Below, piece by piece: positions 1-8,722 of a stretch of DNA of 64,000 bases. This stretch comes from Tortispora ganteri (taxonomy: Eukaryota). Position 1 is the stretch's first letter, and each line of letters starts with the position of its first letter. Made by a program: the position numbers and the translations under genes. The notes below the pieces were generated by a model. The model made no database searches. It worked only from the letters and a program-made list of their open reading frames with translations, and had not been told where the DNA came from. The DNA is taken from NCBI GenBank assembly GCA_003707115.1, contig PPNB01000031.1:1-64000 (forward strand). The letters run 5' to 3'.

Positions 1-825
1 AACGGTGCTATTATGACGTCGTTAAATTTATTCACTACAAAGATTGATCAAGTTGTTTCAATAGTGGAGAAGAAGAAGGGCTACGTCATTGTTGACACCC
101 CGGGACAAATCGAGGCATTCATATGGTCAGCAACAGGTCCGATCGTCACAGAAGCGCTTGCAACGGCGCATCCGACAGTTGTCGTGTACGTTATCGACAC
201 ACCGCGTACTACTGCGCCAGCAACATTCATGTCCAACATGTTGTACGCATGCTCTATCCTATATAAGACGCGACTACCTTTCCTGGTCGTATTCAATAAA
301 TCTGACGTGCAGGACTCGGAGTTCGCTGTTGAGTGGATGACCGACTTCGAAAAGTTTCAAAATGCATTGGATCCTGAGGCGTATATGTCGAGTCTGATGA
401 GTTCTATGTCACTGGTTCTTGAAGAATTTTATGCCGCACTGGATTTCGTGTCTGTATCGTCTCATACAGGAGCAGGTATGTCTGATCTCACAGCTGCGCT
501 ACAGAAGAAAGCAGACGAGTTTGAGACCGAGTACAAAATACAACGAGAGGAAATAGCGCGAAAACGAGAAGAGAAGGAGGAAAAAGAGCGTAAGGCGCAG
601 ATGACGAAACTGAGCGCTGATCTAGGTCTGGATGTGCCTGCGCAAACAGTCTCCGACCAGGAGGACGAAGTATCGGAGCCTGGTGAGAATGACGGATGGA
701 TTGATAACGATGATTACGAAGAAATTAACGAAGACGACGCATCGGGAATTCAGGATAGATACAGTAAGGCAGTGAAAACCGAGCAACTAAATGAACAGTT
801 CCAAAAACAGCTGAATTTGAGCTGA
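1..825 (+). CDS. NPA3: GPN-loop GTPase Npa3/GPN1 (5'-truncated by window edge)
   Basis: Frame open from base 1 ([11 protein letters not shown], just after the GPN motif); DTPGQIE and NKSD GTPase motifs; acidic C-terminal tail. Confidence 0.95.
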   Translation, partial: NGAIMTSLNLFTTKIDQVVSIVEKKKGYVIVDTPGQIEAFIWSATGPIVTEALATAHPTVVVYVIDTPRTTAPATFMSNMLYACSILYKTRLPFLVVFNKSDVQDSEFAVEWMTDFEKFQNALDPEAYMSSLMSSMSLVLEEFYAALDFVSVSSHTGAGMSDLTAALQKKADEFETEYKIQREEIARKREEKEEKERKAQMTKLSADLGLDVPAQTVSDQEDEVSEPGENDGWIDNDDYEEINEDDASGIQDRYSKAVKTEQLNEQFQKQLNLS

Positions 826-830
826 ATTTG

Positions 831-1661
831 TTAAGCGTAAACGACACTCTCTGGAGGGATAGTTTCGGTGTTGACGACGCCTGCATTGAGGAGAATTTTA
901 GCAGTTTTTTCGACGACCGCCTTTTCTATGCCTTTGACGGTAGGCGTGTTAAACTGAACGGTTCCGAGCCATGTAGTGGCATCTTGGAGCGAGTAGTCGA
1001 GGTTTTCGGCAATATAAGCGACGGCTTCGTCCTTGTTATTATTGAAATGATTAATTCCCTTATCTATTGCCTCTAAGCACGGTGTATACTCAGATTGTTG
1101 TATGGATTTGTTTGCAACGATTACCCACGAAGGCCAAGGTGTGTATATTTCGCCTATTTCCTTTATCTCGCCGGAATCGAGATACTTCTTAGAAGTAAAC
1201 CGTTCCCACATGAATATATCGGCAGAAGAATCATTTACGCCATTTCTAAGCTGCTCGAAAGTACCGAGGACCTTGAATGTAGGATCTACGAGCCATTTGC
1301 TTTGTTCTTTGAGCACGGATGCCATAACATGCGAGCCAGAACCGATACGTGATATTCCAATAGTTACGCCATTGACAAGTGAGTCCATTGAGATGTCACG
1401 TTGACCTCCAGTAGATACAACCCAGCAAAGTGGCGACTTTACGTATGTGCCAATTATTTTAAACCAATCCTTGCCCTGGAGAGCGCCGGCTATAAACGCT
1501 TCTGTGAGACCGACAGCGTAGTCTATCTCATTGGCCTGTAGGGCTTCCATGAGGTGACCAGAGCCACGCGGGTACGGTACAAGTTCTGCATTGATCCAAT
1601 TGTACTTTACTGCAAATGCAAGTGGCGTAGAGAAATGTTCAGGGATGTATCCGATTTTCAT
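831..1661 (-). CDS. Periplasmic-binding-protein-fold protein, Ca3427-like (NMT1/THI5-like superfamily)
   Basis: N-terminal IGYIPEHFSTPL, DYAVGLTE, SPLCW, GISRIGSGSHVM, FMWERFTSK and IYTPWPSW motifs of the Ca3427 family; no signal peptide. Confidence 0.85.
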   Translation of the reverse strand: MKIGYIPEHFSTPLAFAVKYNWINAELVPYPRGSGHLMEALQANEIDYAVGLTEAFIAGALQGKDWFKIIGTYVKSPLCWVVSTGGQRDISMDSLVNGVTIGISRIGSGSHVMASVLKEQSKWLVDPTFKVLGTFEQLRNGVNDSSADIFMWERFTSKKYLDSGEIKEIGEIYTPWPSWVIVANKSIQQSEYTPCLEAIDKGINHFNNNKDEAVAYIAENLDYSLQDATTWLGTVQFNTPTVKGIEKAVVEKTAKILLNAGVVNTETIPPESVVYA

Positions 1662-1665
1662 GGTG

Positions 1666-1684
1666 TGAAAAAATAAAAGATGAG
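1666..1684 (+). promoter_or_regulatory. RRPE-like plus PAC elements upstream of RRP3
   Basis: TGAAAAAAT (1666-1674) followed by GATGAG (1679-1684), about 105 bp upstream of a ribosome-biogenesis gene. Confidence 0.45.
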
Positions 1685-1788
1685 AGATTGTTTGGTGAAG
1701 GTGAGGCCAACAGGTGTAGTTAGATTAAGCCGAAAGGAGTAAGTCCCAAATCCACCAGAAATTTCTTTTTTCTCCTTCACCTGCGAGA

Positions 1789-3054
1789 ATGACAAGTTTT
1801 GCTGATCTAGGGATCATTGAAGAACTATGCGATACATGTGCGGAACTCGGATACAAGCAGCCGAGCGATATCCAGAAAGAGGCTATACCGTGGGCTTTAC
1901 AAGGGCGGGATGTGATTGGACTAGCGCAGACGGGTTCAGGTAAGACAGCAGCATTTGCTCTACCAGTGCTGCAAGCGCTACGCGAAAACCCTGCGGGTCT
2001 ATTTGCTGCGGTACTTGCGCCAACTAGAGAGCTTGCATTTCAAATATCTGAACAGTTTGAAGCACTCGGGAGTGGTATGGGTGTACGTACAGCGGTTATT
2101 GTTGGTGGTATGGACATGATGGCACAGTCTGTTGCGTTGAGCCGCAAACCGCACGTCGTCGTGGCCACGCCCGGTCGACTTGTAGATCATCTCGAGAACA
2201 CAAAAGGGTTTTCATTAAAGACATTGAAATGGCTTGTGTTGGATGAGGCCGATAGGCTACTTGACATGGACTTTGGTCCGAGTCTCGATAAGATCCTAAA
2301 AGCTGTGCCGCGCGAGCGACGTACACTGCTATTTTCGGCGACAATGACTTCAAAAGTCGAGAAATTGCAACGTGCATCACTGGTAAACCCTGTAAAAGTC
2401 ACTGTCGCTGAGAAGTACAGCACAGTAAAGACATTGAAACAAAGCATGCTATTTATCCCGTTCAAGCACCGCGATACGTATCTGGTATACCTAGTGAACG
2501 AGATGGCCGGTCAGAGTATGATCATATTTGTACGGACATGTAATGATACACAGAAGGTTGCATTGATTTTACGGCTGCTTGGGTTTGGTGCAGTGCCGCT
2601 GCACGGACAAATGTCGCAGAGTGCACGTCTCGGTGCACTGAACAAATTCAAATCCGGAAACAGGAACATCCTAGTCGCAACAGATGTCGCGGCTCGAGGA
2701 CTCGATATTCCACAGGTAGATGCGGTCATAAACTATGATCTTCCTGAGGACTCTAAGTCCTATATACACAGAGTAGGTCGTACAGCACGTGCTGGCCGTT
2801 CAGGCAAAAGTGTGAATATAGTTACGCAGTACGACTTAGAGGTGTTTCTGCGGATTGAGAAGACAGTGTTCTCGGACGACAGAAAGATGGACGAGTACCC
2901 ACTAGATAAAGAGGCAGCAATGATATTTCATGAGCGTGTTGGTGAGGCACAGCGTGCGGCAGCGATCCAAATGCGCGATAAGGACCGCAACAAGCGGCGC
3001 AAACGCAAACGCACTGACGATGACGACCGCGATATGGAAGAACAAATAGAATAA
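1789..3054 (+). CDS. RRP3: DEAD-box rRNA helicase Rrp3 (DDX47)
   Basis: Q motif, [40 protein letters not shown] signature. Confidence 0.96.
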   Translation: MTSFADLGIIEELCDTCAELGYKQPSDIQKEAIPWALQGRDVIGLAQTGSGKTAAFALPVLQALRENPAGLFAAVLAPTRELAFQISEQFEALGSGMGVRTAVIVGGMDMMAQSVALSRKPHVVVATPGRLVDHLENTKGFSLKTLKWLVLDEADRLLDMDFGPSLDKILKAVPRERRTLLFSATMTSKVEKLQRASLVNPVKVTVAEKYSTVKTLKQSMLFIPFKHRDTYLVYLVNEMAGQSMIIFVRTCNDTQKVALILRLLGFGAVPLHGQMSQSARLGALNKFKSGNRNILVATDVAARGLDIPQVDAVINYDLPEDSKSYIHRVGRTARAGRSGKSVNIVTQYDLEVFLRIEKTVFSDDRKMDEYPLDKEAAMIFHERVGEAQRAAAIQMRDKDRNKRRKRKRTDDDDRDMEEQIE

Positions 3055-3089
3055 ATATGAGGAAATAATGTAAATGAACTAGTACTGCG

Positions 3090-3803
3090 CTACAATGAAC
3101 GCGCTGTGAGTGCTTTGTCAACAGCGGCGGCTACTGCCTCATCAAGTAGTTTCTTAGTTCGCGGCGCTTGGAAGTAAATATCGACTTGTTTACTAACTAG
3201 TTTACCTGTAATATCAACTTCGATATTTACAAGATCACCAATATTCTTTTCAGGCATGATAACCTGCGACTGTGTGTAAGGAACGATCATGACCGAGAAT
3301 GTGGCGGCTTCGTAATCTACGCCGGTAACGGTAAGGGAGGTACCGTCGACGCATATGAACCCTTTTTGAACAATGTATTTGATGATCTCAGGTCCGGAAT
3401 CTTCAACATTAGTGTCTTCGAGTGGCATAATCTGGAATGTGAAAGCGATAGCGTCGCCGTCTGTAGATCGAGCAATCACTTTAGCATAACCATCGACGTG
3501 GCCTTGAACCAAGTGGCCGCCTAGACGTACTTCTGATGTAACAGCTCTTTCGAGGTTTACATGATCGCCCGGCTGCAGAGAACCGAGAGTTGTTCGACGT
3601 AGCGTCTCCGGGGCAATTCCGAACTTGAATGAAGACGGGTCAAAGAAGGTGATCGTCAAGCATGTGCCATTGACAGCAATAGAATCACCAAGATTGGCGT
3701 CCACAGCTAGACCACCGATATCAGTGACAGTTAATTCAATATGTCCATCTAGACGATTAACAGATTTCACAGTTCCTATTTTTTCAACAATTCCTGTAAA
3801 CAT
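3090..3803 (-). CDS. RIB5: Riboflavin synthase alpha chain
   Basis: Canonical N-terminus MFTGIVE (ATG at 3803); GDSIAVNGTCLT, GGHLVQGHVD, VNIEVD. Confidence 0.96.
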   Translation of the reverse strand: MFTGIVEKIGTVKSVNRLDGHIELTVTDIGGLAVDANLGDSIAVNGTCLTITFFDPSSFKFGIAPETLRRTTLGSLQPGDHVNLERAVTSEVRLGGHLVQGHVDGYAKVIARSTDGDAIAFTFQIMPLEDTNVEDSGPEIIKYIVQKGFICVDGTSLTVTGVDYEAATFSVMIVPYTQSQVIMPEKNIGDLVNIEVDITGKLVSKQVDIYFQAPRTKKLLDEAVAAAVDKALTARSL

Positions 3804-3891
3804 AGTTGCCTGATTCGTCAACTAGACTAAAATGTAGTGTCGTGAGTCAATCTCAACCTCCCTCCCCCTAACGACTGCCACTTAAGGCATT

Positions 3892-5397
3892 ATGGAGACG
3901 GTGCATAAAACGGTCGGTGGTAGGCCCGAACTTGCCGCTGGAGAGACATCTATTGCTGTGCATGCAGGTATTGCACTATATATTGGCGACAGCAAGACCC
4001 CTTCGTTCATAGATGGTCGCTCTTACTTAACAGACCGTGCACTGTACTACGTCAACGATCGTGTTGCGTTAGGACTGTCTTTACGCGCAGTCGAGGCTAT
4101 TAACTACTCTGCCGGAATTCTCACACGTAGTGCGAAAATTACTGTACATATAAACGTTGCTGGAAAACGTAAAGACGTTTTACCAACGCAATGGAAGTGG
4201 GTCTGTCCGATCTGTTCACATGTTAATACCGCTGATCTTGTCGCTGATAATGACAACATAGATACCGTTAAGCAACGACCTTGCGTCGTCTGCGGAATAC
4301 GTAGTCCAGAAATTGTGATATCTTCTCGTAAACCTTCAGAGACAGGTAGCACGGATGGGGCAACATGTCCGCGCTGTACTTTTATCAACCATCCGTCTAT
4401 GCCCGAGTGTGAGATCTGCGGTGAACCTCTAAAATCACGAAACCTTGCACCAAAACTGCCACCTGACTCGTTCAACGCGATTCTAAATGATCAGAAAATC
4501 CATGATTTCAGTCAAGTCACATCTATCCGGCTCAGCTTTCGCCAGGGCGGCGACAAACTCTTCTACAGCAAACTACAATCAGTGTTACGCAACATCAGCA
4601 ATTCAACCACTACTTTGGCTACAAATTCATCTAGAGATACAGGCACGTCCACACCGCGGTTAGGCATACACGCACTCGAGCAGCTCTCGCTTCAACAGCG
4701 TGCAGAGACCTCAGCAATCCTTTCGGGCGCACTGGGCGATCTTGACTCACTGATGAAGCACGCAGGAAAAGTCGTAGAAGTGGCACAAAATCTTGCCAAA
4801 CAGATGGCTATCGCACCAGAAGGCATTGTGCCAAAGGAGACGCAAGAAAGGTTTTTGGAACAAGCCAGCGCTATGTCTCTGGCTATTCCGAGCTCAATTA
4901 GCCGTAACGTGACATCGAACGCACATGGGTACTACCGCGAGATAGCACGAGACCTGGCGGAATTTCTGTCGTTACCGCAAAACTCGCTGCAGAATACCGG
5001 CGGAATTATGGGGCTGGCAGACTTGTATGCTGCATACAATCGTGCACGTAGTCTCGACCTAGTTTCGCCACACGATCTTCTACATGCTGTAGAGGAATTC
5101 AACAATCTTCACCTGCCGGTATCGCTTACGACAGTGGCAGGCGTGAAAGTGATCCAGTCGGAGATAGATGCACGGCGTGCACAACATAACCTGCTTAATA
5201 TCCTGCAGGAAAATCCAGGAAGCTCGGTTATTCAACTAGCAATCAAGTCACAGTACTCTACGGCTGTGGTGTCGGCGCACCTGCAAATCCTAGAGGACGC
5301 AGCACAAGTGTGTCTGGACCGAGCACCTACAGTACTGCAGTACTACATCAACGAATTCGATTCGCTTATTAAATCTCATGCGACGAAATCAGCGTGA
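3892..5397 (+). CDS. VPS36: ESCRT-II subunit Vps36
   Basis: Split GLUE domain with two NZF fingers (WVCPICSHVN..CVVC; CPRCTFINHPSMPECEICG), RLSFRQGG, EAP30/winged-helix region YNRAR..LVSP. Confidence 0.92.
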   Translation: METVHKTVGGRPELAAGETSIAVHAGIALYIGDSKTPSFIDGRSYLTDRALYYVNDRVALGLSLRAVEAINYSAGILTRSAKITVHINVAGKRKDVLPTQWKWVCPICSHVNTADLVADNDNIDTVKQRPCVVCGIRSPEIVISSRKPSETGSTDGATCPRCTFINHPSMPECEICGEPLKSRNLAPKLPPDSFNAILNDQKIHDFSQVTSIRLSFRQGGDKLFYSKLQSVLRNISNSTTTLATNSSRDTGTSTPRLGIHALEQLSLQQRAETSAILSGALGDLDSLMKHAGKVVEVAQNLAKQMAIAPEGIVPKETQERFLEQASAMSLAIPSSISRNVTSNAHGYYREIARDLAEFLSLPQNSLQNTGGIMGLADLYAAYNRARSLDLVSPHDLLHAVEEFNNLHLPVSLTTVAGVKVIQSEIDARRAQHNLLNILQENPGSSVIQLAIKSQYSTAVVSAHLQILEDAAQVCLDRAPTVLQYYINEFDSLIKSHATKSA

Positions 5398-5626
5398 TAT
5401 TATCACCCTTAAGCATCAACCGGCCAATTGCAAGCTTTTCTGTGGGAGTCACCTCTACGGCCTCGTCGACGACAACATTCATAAACTCGTCAAACCCACG
5501 TATGTAGCCTTCAATCCTTGATCCTGTCTGCTCATACAACCATATTGTCACTTTTGATTTATTTTGCAACAATTTGAACATTACATTAATTGGCGGAATG
5601 ATTACTTTCGGCTTGCGCTCGCTCAT
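5369..5626 (-). CDS. SME1: snRNP core protein Sm E
   Basis: IPPINVMF, IWLYEQ, GFDEFMNVV, LKGDNITLI Sm motifs; intronless. Confidence 0.96.
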   Translation of the reverse strand: MSERKPKVIIPPINVMFKLLQNKSKVTIWLYEQTGSRIEGYIRGFDEFMNVVVDEAVEVTPTEKLAIGRLMLKGDNITLISSHEI

Positions 5627-5722
5627 TGTTTTTTTTTTTCTTTGGTCGCTCCGGTAAATGGCTATCGAAAGCTAAAAAACCCTTCCCTTGCTCCACCTCC
5701 CACACCACATTTTACTTCACCA

Positions 5723-8602
5723 ATGTCGCTTGAACAGTCTCTCACTGCGCTTTTCTCTACGGACAACTCTCTTAGAGCGAAAGCCGCTTCATTCCTTGAA
5801 GAGTTTCAGCGGTCACCTTCGGCCTGGTCTGATGCCTATGCCTTGCTCGCCAACACCGCCAACCCGGTGGAATGGCGTCTGTTTGCAGCTCAGACACTAC
5901 GCTCAAAGACCGTTTATGATCTCCATCAACTACCCGAATCTGCCCGTGCCGACTTCAAATCCTCGCTGCTTATCCTTTTCAAAGACAATATCGCGGGACC
6001 TCGCCCTATTCTCGTTCAATTGTGCATAGCCCTCGCTAACCTTGCCTTCTACATGCCTTCTTGGACTAATGTCATAGAGTCCGTCACAGAAACTATTATG
6101 ATCGACCCCACTTCAATCACTTCTGCCACTCCAGAGTCTATAAACGCGTTGCTGCTATTTCTCAAGGTCTTTGCAGAAGAAGGCTCAAATGTTGCCTCCG
6201 AGTACCGCAACCCAGATGTCTCAGACAGAATATCCAAAACTCTAGCTAGTAGCTCATCCTTCCTATTCTCATTTCTTTCTACCTTATCTTCTAATGGGTT
6301 CAGGTCGCCACTTTTGTTCTCCTGCTTGTCTGCCTGGATTAAGGAGATCCCCGTCCACAACGTCATATCCAGTCCTCTGCTCGATCTTGTCTTCCAGGCC
6401 ACATCTGTACCGGAAACTTCAGATGCAGCTTTCGACTGCATTGTCGCCATGATCAAGGAGACCCGCGATGTTGATAACTCAATTCCCTCAATTGAGATCC
6501 TGTACCCGCGTGTCATGGAACTGCGGCCTCTCATATCTTCGGCCACTGATGATCCTGAACTCTTCCGCGTGCTCACACGCGTCTTTGCCGAAGCCGGCGA
6601 AGCATGGCATATGCTTATTGCTAAAATGCCTCGCGATTTCCGGCCTTTAGTTGAAGCTGTCTCTGAATGCACAGAACTTGACGCAGATCTCGAAGTAGTC
6701 CAGTACACGTTCTTGTTCTGGGAGTACCTCAAACACATGATCGTTCTCGAACGCTACGCAGAGGCTCGAAAGGTCCTTTCTGATATTTACTTACATCTAG
6801 TAGATATCATAATTAGCCATCTACGATACCCGTCCGGCTCCTCAAACGATCTCTTTGAAGGAGACAAAGAAGAGGAAGACAACTTTCGCTCGTTCCGCCA
6901 CGAAATGGGTGACGTGCTCAAGGACTGTTGCGCCGTAGTCGGCGCCCCTAAATGTCTGAATAAAGCTTACGAAAAGATAAAAAGCTGTTATGCTTCTGGC
7001 CGTCTAGGCGAGAACGTCAATTGGCAAGACTTAGAAGCGCCTTTGTTCAGTATGCGTGCCATGGCAAGAGAAGTATCCGTCTACGAAGACGAAATACTTT
7101 CTGAAATCATGAAATTTATTGTTCAAATGCCCCCACATCCTAAAGTCCGCTATGCTGCCACACTCGTGCTAGGTAGGTACACAGAATGGACCGCAGAGCA
7201 CCCGGAATTTCTCGAAAGCCAGATAAACTACATCATAGAGGGCCTCTCTCCTGAGGTCACTAACAGCGAAATCAAATCTGCCTCTTCAATGGCTTTAATG
7301 CATTTCTGTCGCGACTGTTCGAGACACTTGCAAAACTTTCTTCCGCAACTCCTTTCGTTCTATGAAACAATATACCCCACAATGGTAAACGACAAGTCAA
7401 GCATGATCGAAATAGCTGATGGCGTGGCTCATGTAATAGCCAATCAGCCGAACCCAGAAGCGATTTCGGAGTCTTTGAAACTCTTTGTTCGACCGACACT
7501 TTCTGCTCTGGGCAGTCTGACCACTGAATCTACGCCTAAGACAGAGGACAACCTGTCGCACATAGCAGATGAGGTGAAAGTCCTTGAAACTTATGTGCAA
7601 GTTATACGATCTCATGGAAATGTGCCACATCCGTGTGTGCCCCTATGGATGGAAATATGGCCGAGCTTGGCTTCTCTAGTAGATATTTACGGCCAGTTTG
7701 TGCCTATAAGTGAGACTGTTGCGCAATTTACAAAGTCTATGCTATACTCATACCGCCACCAGTTAGAACCTATCCTTCCTTCTATTGTTGAGCATCTGGT
7801 ACAATGGTTTGAAAAATACCATTACGGATGCTTTTTATGGGTATCTGGCGTCTGCATACGTGAGTTTACGCCTGTCCCTCATTACTCCGATAACCTGGCT
7901 CCTACACCACAAGCTTCGCCTATTTTTGAGTTTATATCGAGACAGGTTTCGGCATTCTTCAAATACTTTCAGACTCTCACTAATCCTAACGACATATCAG
8001 ATACCCTTGAAGACTTCTTTCGATTGTTGGAGGACGTATTGGCTCACATGCCTTTTGTGTACATTGTTAGCGACCTTCTTGTTCCCTCAATTGATACTAC
8101 TGCTATGGTCCTGGCTACTGTGAAGTCTTATGAGCCAATCTATGCGGCTCTAAATTTCCTCAGAGACTTGGTCTCTTATGGACTTGGACAGCCTCCTACA
8201 TCAGCATTTTCTGAAGTTCCGGAAGAGGTCATAGCGACCGTGCAAAGGGCTTTAGTTCAAGACCAGGATGGTCATAAACACGGAGAAAGCCTTTTCACAG
8301 TTGTATTTATGGGGATGCTTCGGTACTTTCCAAGAGACTGTTCCGCTGATGCTGCTTCGTTTCTACTAGCCTTCACGGAACTCATTCACAGACAGTCTGA
8401 CGCCCAAGTAATACAATGGATCAGCTCAATAATCGTTACATTGACCGAAGACCAGGCGCCAAATCCTGAGAAGCAAAAACTTATATCATCAGTACAGGCT
8501 GGTATGGACCAGAATACTCCAAGGTTAATACGTACAGCTTATCAAGACTTTGCGACAATGTACGTACGAAGAAACCTCAAAAGACGTTCATCAATTCATT
8601 AA
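5723..8602 (+). CDS. MTR10: Karyopherin Mtr10 / transportin-SR
   Basis: ATG at 5723; IBN_N region (LEEFQRS..AW, FAAQTLRSK); FRSFRHEMGDVLKDCC; EAPLFSMRAMA; LGRYTEWTAEHP. Confidence 0.93.
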   Translation: MSLEQSLTALFSTDNSLRAKAASFLEEFQRSPSAWSDAYALLANTANPVEWRLFAAQTLRSKTVYDLHQLPESARADFKSSLLILFKDNIAGPRPILVQLCIALANLAFYMPSWTNVIESVTETIMIDPTSITSATPESINALLLFLKVFAEEGSNVASEYRNPDVSDRISKTLASSSSFLFSFLSTLSSNGFRSPLLFSCLSAWIKEIPVHNVISSPLLDLVFQATSVPETSDAAFDCIVAMIKETRDVDNSIPSIEILYPRVMELRPLISSATDDPELFRVLTRVFAEAGEAWHMLIAKMPRDFRPLVEAVSECTELDADLEVVQYTFLFWEYLKHMIVLERYAEARKVLSDIYLHLVDIIISHLRYPSGSSNDLFEGDKEEEDNFRSFRHEMGDVLKDCCAVVGAPKCLNKAYEKIKSCYASGRLGENVNWQDLEAPLFSMRAMAREVSVYEDEILSEIMKFIVQMPPHPKVRYAATLVLGRYTEWTAEHPEFLESQINYIIEGLSPEVTNSEIKSASSMALMHFCRDCSRHLQNFLPQLLSFYETIYPTMVNDKSSMIEIADGVAHVIANQPNPEAISESLKLFVRPTLSALGSLTTESTPKTEDNLSHIADEVKVLETYVQVIRSHGNVPHPCVPLWMEIWPSLASLVDIYGQFVPISETVAQFTKSMLYSYRHQLEPILPSIVEHLVQWFEKYHYGCFLWVSGVCIREFTPVPHYSDNLAPTPQASPIFEFISRQVSAFFKYFQTLTNPNDISDTLEDFFRLLEDVLAHMPFVYIVSDLLVPSIDTTAMVLATVKSYEPIYAALNFLRDLVSYGLGQPPTSAFSEVPEEVIATVQRALVQDQDGHKHGESLFTVVFMGMLRYFPRDCSADAASFLLAFTELIHRQSDAQVIQWISSIIVTLTEDQAPNPEKQKLISSVQAGMDQNTPRLIRTAYQDFATMYVRRNLKRRSSIH

Positions 8603-8722
8603 CGTGCTTACGAACTTTAATATATATTCCAATCAAAAATGCTCTCTTTTAGTTAATATTCTTTTATGATTCATATTCGTCATTTCTCGCCCCTCACTCT
8701 GAAAGGGTCCACTATTGTACAA

